Positions 1 through 7,860 of a DNA stretch of 64,000 nt are shown here, piece by piece. The notes beneath the pieces were generated by a model. It did not search any database. It was not told the DNA's origin and was given only the letters and a program-made list of their open reading frames with translations. Within the stretch, counting starts at the first letter, position 1. Each line of letters starts with the position of its first letter. The translations under genes and the position numbers were made by a program. The stretch is from a virus (taxonomy: Duplodnaviria; Caudoviricetes). The DNA is taken from the IMG/VR virus record IMGVR_UViG_3300029288_004108, positions 1 to 64,000 of that record; one strand, 5' to 3'.

Positions 1-1
1 A

Positions 2-157
2 CCGGAATAAGTAAAAAAGAAAATTAGTGAATCAGGAAAAGGGAAGCATTTTCATTCAGATGAAGTAAAAAAGAAAATTAGTACTTCTTTGAAAGGAAGA
101 GTATTTACACAAGAATGGAAAGATAAAATTAGTATTGCTAATAGAAAAAAGAAATAA
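2..157 (+). pseudogene. 3' fragment of a NUMOD3-repeat (homing-endonuclease-type) ORF with an in-frame TAA at 8-10
   Basis: Frame +2 reads PE*VKKKISESGKGKHFHSDEVKKKISTSLKGRVFTQEWKDKISIANRKKK*. The HSxExKKKIS repeats resemble those in the HNH (17115) and GIY-YIG (60259) ORFs. Truncated by the window edge. Confidence 0.5.
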
Positions 158-185
158 ATTTAATATTAACTTAATACTTAAAAAC

Positions 186-548
186 ATGTACATTATTAGA
201 AAAGAATTCGTTTTTAGTGCTGCCCATAATTTATTAGGAGTCCCTTCATCCCATCCGTGCAGTCAGATTCATGGGCATAACTATACAGTAACAGTTGAGC
301 TTCATTCAAAGGAGCTTGATGAGAAAGACTTTGTACTAGATTACAGAGCATTGGATCCTATTAAAAAGTATATTGATGAGGTTCTTGATCATAGACATCT
401 CAACGACGTGCTTGGTTTTAATCCCACTGCGGAAAATATAGCAAAGCACCTATGGCAAATTTTCCATGAAGCATTCCCTCAAGTATTTGCTATTGAAATT
501 TCAGAAACCCCTAAAACAAGTGCAAGATATGAGCAAGATATTAATTGA
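186..548 (+). CDS. queD: 6-carboxy-5,6,7,8-tetrahydropterin synthase
   Basis: FSAAH, HPCSQIHGHNY, LDHRHLND, PTAENIA and ETPKTSA motifs. ATG at 186 preferred over the ORF-track start at 135. Confidence 0.95.
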   Translation: MYIIRKEFVFSAAHNLLGVPSSHPCSQIHGHNYTVTVELHSKELDEKDFVLDYRALDPIKKYIDEVLDHRHLNDVLGFNPTAENIAKHLWQIFHEAFPQVFAIEISETPKTSARYEQDIN

Positions 549-1293
549 AGCCTTTCCTAAGGAAAAGAAACCAGTACCAGATATCCCTTACTTAAATGTA
601 TCTGAATTCTATATGGATACAATTCAAGGAGAAGGGATTTATGCAGGAGTGCCGGCAGCATTCCTACGTTTACAGGGATGTAAGGTCGGATGTAAATTTT
701 GTGATACAAAGGAAGTATGGCGGGAAGGAAACCCTTATTCCATTCAGGAATTGTTTGAGATTATTCAAAATACTGATCTTCCTGATAAGCTAAAAAACAG
801 GAATCACCATCTTGTAATTACAGGAGGTAGTCCTTTACTCCAGCAGGAGAATCTCTTAGTATTCTTGGAAGCATTTGAAGATACCTTCTATTTTCATCCA
901 TTTACGGAAATAGAAAATGAATGTTCCATTATCCCATCGGATGAAATACTATCTCTGATTGATTGTTGGAATAACTCTCCAAAACTTTTCAATAGTGGAG
1001 TACTACTTTCTCATAGGTATAATGAAAAAGCTATTGCAAAGGTTGTTAATTTTGGGGATGAAGCTTGGTTTAAGTTTGTAATATCGGATGAATCAGACTG
1101 GGATGAAATATCTGATCGTTACATCCGAAACTCTCTCATCTCTCCCAGTAAAATAATCCTCATGCCTGAGGGGGCTACTCCATCGGAAATAGCTGAGAAA
1201 AGAGAGATGGTAATTGATATAGCAATCAAGTATGGAGTCCGGTACTCAACCCGGGAACATATCATGGTTTGGGGGAAAAAGACCGGGGTTTAA
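529..1293 (+). CDS. queE: 7-carboxy-7-deazaguanine synthase (radical SAM)
   Basis: TIQGEG, FLRLQGCKVGCKFCDT (CxxxCxxC), VITGGSPL, FKFVI, ILMPEG. ATG at 529 overlaps the end of queD. Confidence 0.93.
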   Translation: MSKILIEAFPKEKKPVPDIPYLNVSEFYMDTIQGEGIYAGVPAAFLRLQGCKVGCKFCDTKEVWREGNPYSIQELFEIIQNTDLPDKLKNRNHHLVITGGSPLLQQENLLVFLEAFEDTFYFHPFTEIENECSIIPSDEILSLIDCWNNSPKLFNSGVLLSHRYNEKAIAKVVNFGDEAWFKFVISDESDWDEISDRYIRNSLISPSKIILMPEGATPSEIAEKREMVIDIAIKYGVRYSTREHIMVWGKKTGV

Positions 1294-1367
1294 AAATTTC
1301 ATTAAATTATTTGATTTATTCAAATATTATTATTATCTTTAAATAAAATTAATCAAAATCTATTCAA

Positions 1368-1997
1368 ATGATCAACGAAAAAGCACTGCGCGCAGCCGCA
1401 ACAGAATTAAATGAGGTTACCAAAGTCCAGCCTCCATTAAGGACAAAAGCCCCTCTTAAAGACCTTCTCAAAGAGGTAAAGGAATCTATTGATCCCGACG
1501 ATGAAGGTTACATCCTCCAGCCCACGGATAAGTTTTCCGATGCTACTCAGGCTATCTTTGATGAAATACTCGGGAAAACTCCTGCTCCCGAACCCGAACC
1601 TGAGGAAGAACCGGAACCTGATGAAGGTGGACAGGAAGTAGCCGATAAGCTTCATGAAGAGAACATTGAGAAAGCTCCTGTCAACAAAGGAAAGAAAGCT
1701 CCTGCCCCTAAAAAGGAAGAAGAACAGCCTGAAGAAAAGAAACCGGAGAAAACCCCAAAGGCTGAAAAGAAACCAAAAGCACCAAAAGCTCCTGCCCTGA
1801 CAAAGAAATCAATCATTATCGACATGACCGGATCTGCCAAAGGATCGACCATTGAAGAAATGGCTCAGGCTATGGTTGATAAGGGGGTTGATCCTGATTA
1901 CAAAAAGAACTGTGTGGTCACAAAACTCTGGCTTGCAAAGATGGGGTTTAATACCCGTAAGGAAGCAATTGAAAAAGACCCAAGGTTCAAAAGATGA
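1368..1997 (+). CDS. Hypothetical protein with an acidic/Pro/Lys-rich linker and a small C-terminal, possibly winged-helix, domain
   Basis: PEPEPEEEPEP and KAEKKPKAPKAP low-complexity tracts, then KKSIIIDMTGSAKGSTIEEMAQAM. ATGA overlap with the next gene. Confidence 0.7.
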   Translation: MINEKALRAAATELNEVTKVQPPLRTKAPLKDLLKEVKESIDPDDEGYILQPTDKFSDATQAIFDEILGKTPAPEPEPEEEPEPDEGGQEVADKLHEENIEKAPVNKGKKAPAPKKEEEQPEEKKPEKTPKAEKKPKAPKAPALTKKSIIIDMTGSAKGSTIEEMAQAMVDKGVDPDYKKNCVVTKLWLAKMGFNTRKEAIEKDPRFKR

Positions 1998-2839
1998 AGG
2001 AGCGTAAAATCGTCTACAAGATTGAGGAAGGAGTAAAGCCGGAAGAGGTTTACTGTACAACGTATCAAATGAGAAATTTTTACGCTCAGTTTGCCGATGG
2101 CTTTTTCTCCTCCCTTGACGTGATGAATTACATCCAGCACCATGCCGCAGTACTCCAGATGAAAAAAGATTGGGTGGTGCTGGATGTTTGTTGTGGTCGT
2201 GGGATGCTCCTGCCTTTAATCCGATACTATCGACCGGAGATCAGGGAATATGTCGGAGTGGATATATCGGAACAAAACATAAATGAACAACTCCGACGCT
2301 CCGGAATAAAGAAAATAGAAGATGTAAATTCCTATTATCCTTTTACCCTCACTCATGTCATTTCATCGGTAGAGGATATGGATAAGGTCATAAAACATTC
2401 TTCCATTGACTATATCATTTATACATCAGCCATAGAACATATGCAAAAGGATGTAGGATATCGGTCACTGGAAAATTGTTATAATCTTCTCAAACCCGGA
2501 CATAGGATGTTTCTCTCCTGTCCCAACACAATGAATAAGAAAGATCCTTATGATACCCAGTATGCAGCTCATGTCTATGAATGGGACAGGGAGGAATTAA
2601 GTAAAGCCGTCCGGGAAATAGGATTTGAGATTGCTGAGGAATATGGATTGGTAGCCAAGGTTAGGGAATTTGAAGAATGGATGAAACACCAGTCATCAGA
2701 CCTGCAGAGTGAATACTGGAGATTGAAAGAATATCTTCCCACCCAGTGGCTAATGTCCTTTATGCCAATCCTCCACCCGAAAGCAGCATCAGAAGTATTG
2801 ATGATAATTGAAAAACCAATAAGTAAACGTTTACTATGA
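1994..2839 (+). CDS. Class I SAM-dependent methyltransferase
   Basis: VLDVCCGRG (motif I), [34 protein letters not shown]. Confidence 0.88.
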   Translation: MKERKIVYKIEEGVKPEEVYCTTYQMRNFYAQFADGFFSSLDVMNYIQHHAAVLQMKKDWVVLDVCCGRGMLLPLIRYYRPEIREYVGVDISEQNINEQLRRSGIKKIEDVNSYYPFTLTHVISSVEDMDKVIKHSSIDYIIYTSAIEHMQKDVGYRSLENCYNLLKPGHRMFLSCPNTMNKKDPYDTQYAAHVYEWDREELSKAVREIGFEIAEEYGLVAKVREFEEWMKHQSSDLQSEYWRLKEYLPTQWLMSFMPILHPKAASEVLMIIEKPISKRLL

Positions 2840-3387
2840 CAGAAGAAGCTTTACATGAGTTAATCAAAACTCAGATTTCAGAAATCGGTGATAGTCCCGA
2901 TAGACAAGGATTAAAAGATACTCCGAAGCGGGTTATCCGTTCCTGGCAGGAACTCTATGCAGGGTACTGGGAGAAACCGGAAGATATCCTGACAGTATTT
3001 GATGCCGGTACGTATGATCAGATTGTCTTACTCAAGGACTGTGAACTCTACTCGATGTGTGAGCACCATATGTTACCATTCTTCGGGAAAGCACATATTG
3101 CTTACATCCCGAATGATAAGGTGATTGGAATATCAAAACTTGCCCGTTTGCTGGAAATATATTCCCGACGTCTGCAGATTCAGGAGAGGATCGGAGAGCA
3201 GGTTACAGAAGCTATTATGGATTATCTGGGAGCCAAAGGGGCTGCTTGTATTATAGAAGCGGAGCATATGTGTATGCGGATGAGGGGAGTGGGAAAACAG
3301 AATTCCACCATGGTCACATCATCCCTTAAAGGAGCTTTCTTTACTTCGTCGGCAGCCCGTTTGGAATTGATGGGATTAATAAAATGA
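2836..3387 (+). CDS. folE: GTP cyclohydrolase I
   Basis: [38 protein letters not shown]. Confidence 0.97.
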   Translation: MTEEALHELIKTQISEIGDSPDRQGLKDTPKRVIRSWQELYAGYWEKPEDILTVFDAGTYDQIVLLKDCELYSMCEHHMLPFFGKAHIAYIPNDKVIGISKLARLLEIYSRRLQIQERIGEQVTEAIMDYLGAKGAACIIEAEHMCMRMRGVGKQNSTMVTSSLKGAFFTSSAARLELMGLIK

Positions 3388-3545
3388 AAATTTACATGGC
3401 AGGGACTCCGGGTACGACTTCCCGGGAAAAGGCTTGGCAAACACTAATCATCAACCGTTTATTATCTTACTGGGACATCCAGGAAGATCAGTTCGGAGTT
3501 CCCTTTGCCTTCAAATTAATCAAATGGAAAAACAAAAAAAAGTAG
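3384..3545 (+). CDS. Mini-ORF 1 (53 aa) resembling the N-terminal module of DpdA/TGT-fold proteins
   Basis: Not in the ORF track. Hand translation: [57 protein letters not shown] overlap with the folE stop. Confidence 0.75.
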   Translation: MKIYMAGTPGTTSREKAWQTLIINRLLSYWDIQEDQFGVPFAFKLIKWKNKKK

Positions 3546-5413
3546 ACCTCTTTCTGGATTCAGGAGCTTTCTCCGCGTGGACGCAGAAGGCTACCATCGA
3601 CATTCAGGAATATATCCGATTCATAAAAGAGAATCAGGATGTAATTGAAGTATATGCAAACCTGGATGTCATTGGTATTGGAGGGAAACAACCAAACCGA
3701 TTGACTGCCGAAAAGACTTTGGAGAACCAAAGGATAATGGAAAAGGCTGGATTACATCCTATTCCATGTTTTCACTTTGGAGAACCAATGGAATTTCTTG
3801 ATATGTATGTAAAAGAGTATGATTACCTTGCTCTTGGTGTAGCTGGTAACTCCGGTACTCAACTCATTCCATGGTTGGATAAATGTTTCTCAGAGCATAT
3901 CTGTGATCAGGATGGAATGCCAAAGATAAAAATTCATGGGTTTGCCGTAACATCACTCAAAATTATGATGAGATATCCATGGTATTGTATGACGGAAGAA
4001 GATCATCAAGTACTAACCAAACAAGGATGGTGTAGTAGAAAAGATTTGAAAATTGGTGATCAAATTTTAGCTTTTAAAGATGGGATAAGTTTGTGGGAAG
4101 AAATATTAGAAATTCCATCATTTGATGTAATTAATACTCCTATAAAAGCTTTAAATTATAGAACTTTTTCGGCAAGAGTTACTGGGAATCATCGTTGGCG
4201 AGTAAAGTCAGCATATTCTGATAAATGGAAATGGAAAACAACAGATGAGTTAAATACAAATTGTTATATTCCAAGAGTTGGGAAATACCAAGCCCCCATT
4301 AATAAAATATATAGTGATGATTTTGTTAAAGCATTTGCTTGGTATTGGACAGAAGGGTGTATTAAAAAGAGAAAGAACTATAAATTACCGAGTATTACTA
4401 TTTCTCAATCAATATCTGCAAATCCTGAAAAAGTAGAGTTGATTAGGGAAATACTCAAAAATTGTAAAGAAAAGTTTTGTGAAGGTATAGCAGAGCGGTA
4501 TGATTTAGGAATTTATAGGAAAGAAATGACTTTTGAATTATATGGACCTCTTAGAGATTGGTTATTATCTATTTCTCCTAATAAGCAAATTCCAATGGAA
4601 TTTTTATTAAATTTAACGGAAGAACAATTACATATTTTTATAGATCACTCTATTTTAGCAGATGGTTCCAGAGGGGTTTTAAAAAGAAAGAAGAGTTTTG
4701 TAATTACTCAAGGCTCAGAAAAAAATATAGAAGAATTTCGAATTGCCTGTTTGCTTGCTGGTTACCCCACTTCTGTATATAAAAAAGGAGAAAAAGGATT
4801 AGAAATAGCTTCTTCCTCTGTAAATTATATTCATCCAAATCAGATGAAAGTAAATGAATTTTCATATACGGGAAAAATATGGTGTGTCCGTGTTCCCAGT
4901 GGGGCATTCTTTACTAAGTGTAATGGAGAAATATATGTTACTGGAAACTCAGTCGATAGTACCTCATGGGTTGTTACCGGAAGGATGGGATCAATATTTA
5001 TTCCAAGGAGGAAGAATGGTAATTGGGTATATGATGAAAACCCTTGGAAGATAGCAGTATCGAGTCGTTCCCCCGGAACTGAAGATGCTGGGAAACATAT
5101 CGGGACTCTATCAAAAGCTGAACGGGATGTATTCCTTCAATATATCCATGAAAAAGGGTATTCACTCGGCAAATCCGAATTCAAGAAAGTGCTTCAGACT
5201 CATCAGCTCTCCGATAATGAGCGATGGGTTGATAAGAAACCCACTGATAAATCTGCTCTCAGGGAATTGGAAGTGATTACAGAAGACGGATTATCAAACC
5301 GTTACCAATTAAGGGATGAGATAAATATTATGTATTTCCTTGATCTGGAGAAGAACTCCCCTGCGTGGCCTTGGGCATTCAAGTTGAATGATATGCAAAA
5401 AGGATTGTTATGA
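3524..5413 (+). CDS. dpdA: DNA 7-deazaguanine transglycosylase (DpdA, TGT-like) precursor containing an intein
   Basis: LFLDSGAFSAW, YANLDVIG, PIPCFHFGEP, KIHGFAV, YPWY|SVDSTSW after intein removal. Neighbours folE/queD/queE. ATG 3524 follows an AAATTAATCAA leader. Confidence 0.88.
   Translation: MEKQKKVDLFLDSGAFSAWTQKATIDIQEYIRFIKENQDVIEVYANLDVIGIGGKQPNRLTAEKTLENQRIMEKAGLHPIPCFHFGEPMEFLDMYVKEYDYLALGVAGNSGTQLIPWLDKCFSEHICDQDGMPKIKIHGFAVTSLKIMMRYPWYCMTEEDHQVLTKQGWCSRKDLKIGDQILAFKDGISLWEEILEIPSFDVINTPIKALNYRTFSARVTGNHRWRVKSAYSDKWKWKTTDELNTNCYIPRVGKYQAPINKIYSDDFVKAFAWYWTEGCIKKRKNYKLPSITISQSISANPEKVELIREILKNCKEKFCEGIAERYDLGIYRKEMTFELYGPLRDWLLSISPNKQIPMEFLLNLTEEQLHIFIDHSILADGSRGVLKRKKSFVITQGSEKNIEEFRIACLLAGYPTSVYKKGEKGLEIASSSVNYIHPNQMKVNEFSYTGKIWCVRVPSGAFFTKCNGEIYVTGNSVDSTSWVVTGRMGSIFIPRRKNGNWVYDENPWKIAVSSRSPGTEDAGKHIGTLSKAERDVFLQYIHEKGYSLGKSEFKKVLQTHQLSDNERWVDKKPTDKSALRELEVITEDGLSNRYQLRDEINIMYFLDLEKNSPAWPWAFKLNDMQKGLL
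3986..4948 (+). mobile_element. Intein (321 aa) with LAGLIDADG-type homing endonuclease motifs
   Basis: Starts CMTEEDHQVLTKQGW and ends WCVRVPSGAFF...VTGN followed by Ser. Internal FAWYWTEGC and SILADGS motifs. AT-richer than the flanks. Removal restores YPWYSVDSTSW. Confidence 0.93.
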
Positions 5414-5655
5414 AAATCTATTTGGAAGGACATGACCGGGGAGGATTTGAAGATGTCTATTATCCTATTCCCGGTTCCAATAAAGTTCTTATCCGGGAAC
5501 CAGCTGTTATTGCTCATTGGACTGATGGGAGAGTCCTATTTAGTTTCCTTTGGGATGGATTGAGGAGGAAGAATCAGGGAGGTAGAAGAGGTGATTTGCA
5601 TGGAAGAGAAATAAAATATGATTTGAGTGGTTCCTCATTAAAAAGAATGAAATGA
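5410..5655 (+). CDS. Mini-ORF 2 (81 aa), MKIYLEG...VLFSF paralog
   Basis: ATGA overlaps at both ends. Most divergent member of the set. Confidence 0.65.
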   Translation: MKIYLEGHDRGGFEDVYYPIPGSNKVLIREPAVIAHWTDGRVLFSFLWDGLRRKNQGGRRGDLHGREIKYDLSGSSLKRMK

Positions 5656-5828
5656 AAATATACATGGCAACCTGGTTATTCGATAGATCACTCGGGAGAA
5701 GCTCCACCAAACTCCGTTCCAGGAGAAGACTACTCAGTTATTATTTTCTAAGGGATCAGGGGATAACCAACGATCAGCTCAATACCTACTGTATATCCGG
5801 CAGGTTAGATACCAGGAAAATTAAATGA
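5652..5828 (+). CDS. Mini-ORF 3 (58 aa), MKIYMAT...RLLSYY paralog
   Basis: Not in the ORF track. MKIYMATWLFDRSLGRSSTKLRSRRRLLSYYFLRDQGITNDQLNTYCISGRLDTRKIK*. ATGA overlap. Confidence 0.7.
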   Translation: MKIYMATWLFDRSLGRSSTKLRSRRRLLSYYFLRDQGITNDQLNTYCISGRLDTRKIK

Positions 5829-5921
5829 CAAGGGGGTGTAATCAATTGTAATTATAAAATGATAATATCCCTTAATAATGATATCACAAATGATTACATC
5901 AAATAAAACCATCGAGTACCA

Positions 5922-6095
5922 ATGAGAATCTATCTGGCGGGTATCCCAAAAAGATATCATAGGGTGAACGGATTAAAATACAAAGTATTGTTTAGTTATT
6001 TTACAATCGTCTTCCCAACACAAAAGTGGGGAGCAAAAAGTGACTTTAGATATTATACTAATGAAAATATATCTGGCAGCGGTAGAACCACCTAA
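5922..6095 (+). CDS. Mini-ORF 4 (57 aa), MRIYLAG...VLFSY paralog
   Basis: Not in the ORF track. MRIYLAGIPKRYHRVNGLKYKVLFSYFTIVFPTQKWGAKSDFRYYTNENISGSGRTT*. Confidence 0.65.
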   Translation: MRIYLAGIPKRYHRVNGLKYKVLFSYFTIVFPTQKWGAKSDFRYYTNENISGSGRTT

Positions 6096-6228
6096 ACACC
6101 TGAGAATGATACCAAATTGTCTTCTCAGTTATTATGATATTGAAATTACTACCGTACCATTCAGAAAGGAAACATTCAAAACTATAAAATATGGAAATAA
6201 GCAAAAAAGAATTAGAACACGCTCTTGA
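6061..6228 (+). CDS. Mini-ORF 5 (55 aa), MKIYLAA...LLSYYDI paralog
   Basis: MKIYLAAVEPPKHLRMIPNCLLSYYDIEITTVPFRKETFKTIKYGNKQK. Shares LLSYxDI..VPF..FKxIK..NK.K with mini-ORF 1. Confidence 0.7.
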   Translation: MKIYLAAVEPPKHLRMIPNCLLSYYDIEITTVPFRKETFKTIKYGNKQKRIRTRS

Positions 6229-7198
6229 GATCGTCAAACCCGGGCTGGCAAACAAGGATATTGTAGAACAAGCTACATCATTTGCCTTTGTAAAAGGGAA
6301 GGTTGTTACCTATAATGATGAAATAAGTGTTTCTCATCCTGTTGCCGGGTTGGATATTGCGGGAGCGGTAGAGGCTGATATCCTTTACAAATTATTATCA
6401 AAAGCAAAATCTGATACCCTTAACCTGCAGGTGGAAGAAAATCAGATCACTCTCACTCAAGGAAAGATGCAAGCTGGTTTCTCCCTTCAGTCGGAGATAA
6501 AATTACCGATAAATGAAGAGGTGTCGGATATTGGTAAATGGAAGAAATTACCTGATAAATTTTCAGAGTTCCTTGAATTATCCATTCCATCAGCATCGAA
6601 GGATATGAGCAGACCGGTATTGACCTGTGTACATGTATCAAAGGACGGATATATGGAAGCATCTGATAGTTTTTGTCTTACCCGATGCACTTTCTCTGAT
6701 GATGTCCCGGTAAAGACATTCCTTATCCCTGCCACATCTGCTATTCAGGTCATCCGACTCTCCCCTACTCAGATTGCAGAAGGTAAAGGCTGGATTCATT
6801 TTAAGAATGAAGAGGAATCAGTAATATCTTGCAGGGTGCTGGCTGATAGTTTTCCGGATGCTTCTCATCTGTTGAGTGTGGAAGGTCATAAATTGATTCT
6901 ACCGGAAGCTATCCCGGAAGCATTGGATCGGGCGTCGATTGTAGCTAAGAGGGATCATCCACTTGAGGAAATGGTAACAGTGGAAATAAAAGATAAGACT
7001 CTTCTCATATCCTCCGACTCAAAGGAATCATGGTTCAAGGAAGAACTCAGGATAAATTTCAAGGAACATCTTAAATTCAATATCACTCCTTATCTTCTCC
7101 GGAAAATACTTACAAAGACTCGGGAATGTGTGGTGAGTGATAGCAAGTTAAAATTTGAAGGAGAAGGTTGGAAATATATAGCAGCTTTAAGATCATGA
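6191..7198 (+). CDS. dnaN: DNA polymerase III beta-like sliding clamp
   Basis: 335 aa. ELEHALEIVKP, SRPVLTCVHV, EASDSF, DSFPDAS, EALDRASIVA. Size and motif spacing fit a beta clamp. Lies in a replication cluster with a DnaX-like loader. Confidence 0.78.
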   Translation: MEISKKELEHALEIVKPGLANKDIVEQATSFAFVKGKVVTYNDEISVSHPVAGLDIAGAVEADILYKLLSKAKSDTLNLQVEENQITLTQGKMQAGFSLQSEIKLPINEEVSDIGKWKKLPDKFSEFLELSIPSASKDMSRPVLTCVHVSKDGYMEASDSFCLTRCTFSDDVPVKTFLIPATSAIQVIRLSPTQIAEGKGWIHFKNEEESVISCRVLADSFPDASHLLSVEGHKLILPEAIPEALDRASIVAKRDHPLEEMVTVEIKDKTLLISSDSKESWFKEELRINFKEHLKFNITPYLLRKILTKTRECVVSDSKLKFEGEGWKYIAALRS

Positions 7199-7860
7199 TA
7201 AAATTATTGAATATCGACTGCATGGAGTATATGTCGACAGTGCCGGACAAGTATTTTGATTTGGCTATTGTTGACCCGCCGTATGGTGCTGGGCAACATT
7301 TTAATTTCCGATTCGGGACAGGAGATGCAGTTTATAAAAATGAAGCACCTCGACAGCAGTATTTTAATGAACTATTCAGAATATCTAAAGAACAAATTGT
7401 ATGGGGAGGTAATTATTTTACTTATGCCTTACCAGTTAGTAGGTGTTGGATTAGTTGGTATAAAGGACAACCAATAAATTCCTTTTCAGATTTTGAATTG
7501 GCATGGACTTCATTTAATGCAACAAGTAAAGCCGTTAAAATTGAATCCTATGGCTTTAATCACACAGATAAGAAGCAAACTGGAAAAAGTACCATCCATC
7601 CCACACAAAAGCCTATTAAACTTTATAAATGGCTTTTAAAGAACTATTCCAAACCAACAGACAAGATTATCGACACTCATTTAGGCAGTGGTAGTTCCGC
7701 AATAGCTTGTTATGACTTTGATATTTCTGAATTTGTAGGATGTGAGATTGATAAGGAATATTATGATGCTGCAGTTAAGAGATTGGAAGAACATAAGAAA
7801 TTGCCAAAACCCTTTTTCAAAGAAACTTTTAATAATCCTCAACAAGATAAATTGATATAA
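7195..7860 (+). CDS. DNA amino-methyltransferase (N6-adenine/N4-cytosine, beta class)
   Basis: DLAIVDPPYG, IHPTQKP, DTHLGSGS, GCEID. ATG 7195 overlaps the clamp stop. Confidence 0.93.
   Translation: MIKLLNIDCMEYMSTVPDKYFDLAIVDPPYGAGQHFNFRFGTGDAVYKNEAPRQQYFNELFRISKEQIVWGGNYFTYALPVSRCWISWYKGQPINSFSDFELAWTSFNATSKAVKIESYGFNHTDKKQTGKSTIHPTQKPIKLYKWLLKNYSKPTDKIIDTHLGSGSSAIACYDFDISEFVGCEIDKEYYDAAVKRLEEHKKLPKPFFKETFNNPQQDKLI

Noticed and set aside
3434-3523. ORF-track N-terminal extension of DpdA (MANTNHQPF...)
   Set aside because: It overlaps mini-ORF 1 in another frame, has no recognisable motif, and ATG 3524 has a typical leader.
3384-6228. Alternative genetic code (stop-codon readthrough) joining the mini-ORFs
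   Set aside because: They end in TAG, TGA and TAA and lie in different frames. Readthrough of TAG 3543 hits TAA soon after. Long genes are intact under code 11.
3384-6228. Mini-ORFs as nucleoside 2-deoxyribosyltransferases (which also start MKIYLAG)
   Set aside because: Far too short and lacking downstream NDT motifs. The LLSY strand and dpdA context fit better, though this is not excluded without an HMM search.
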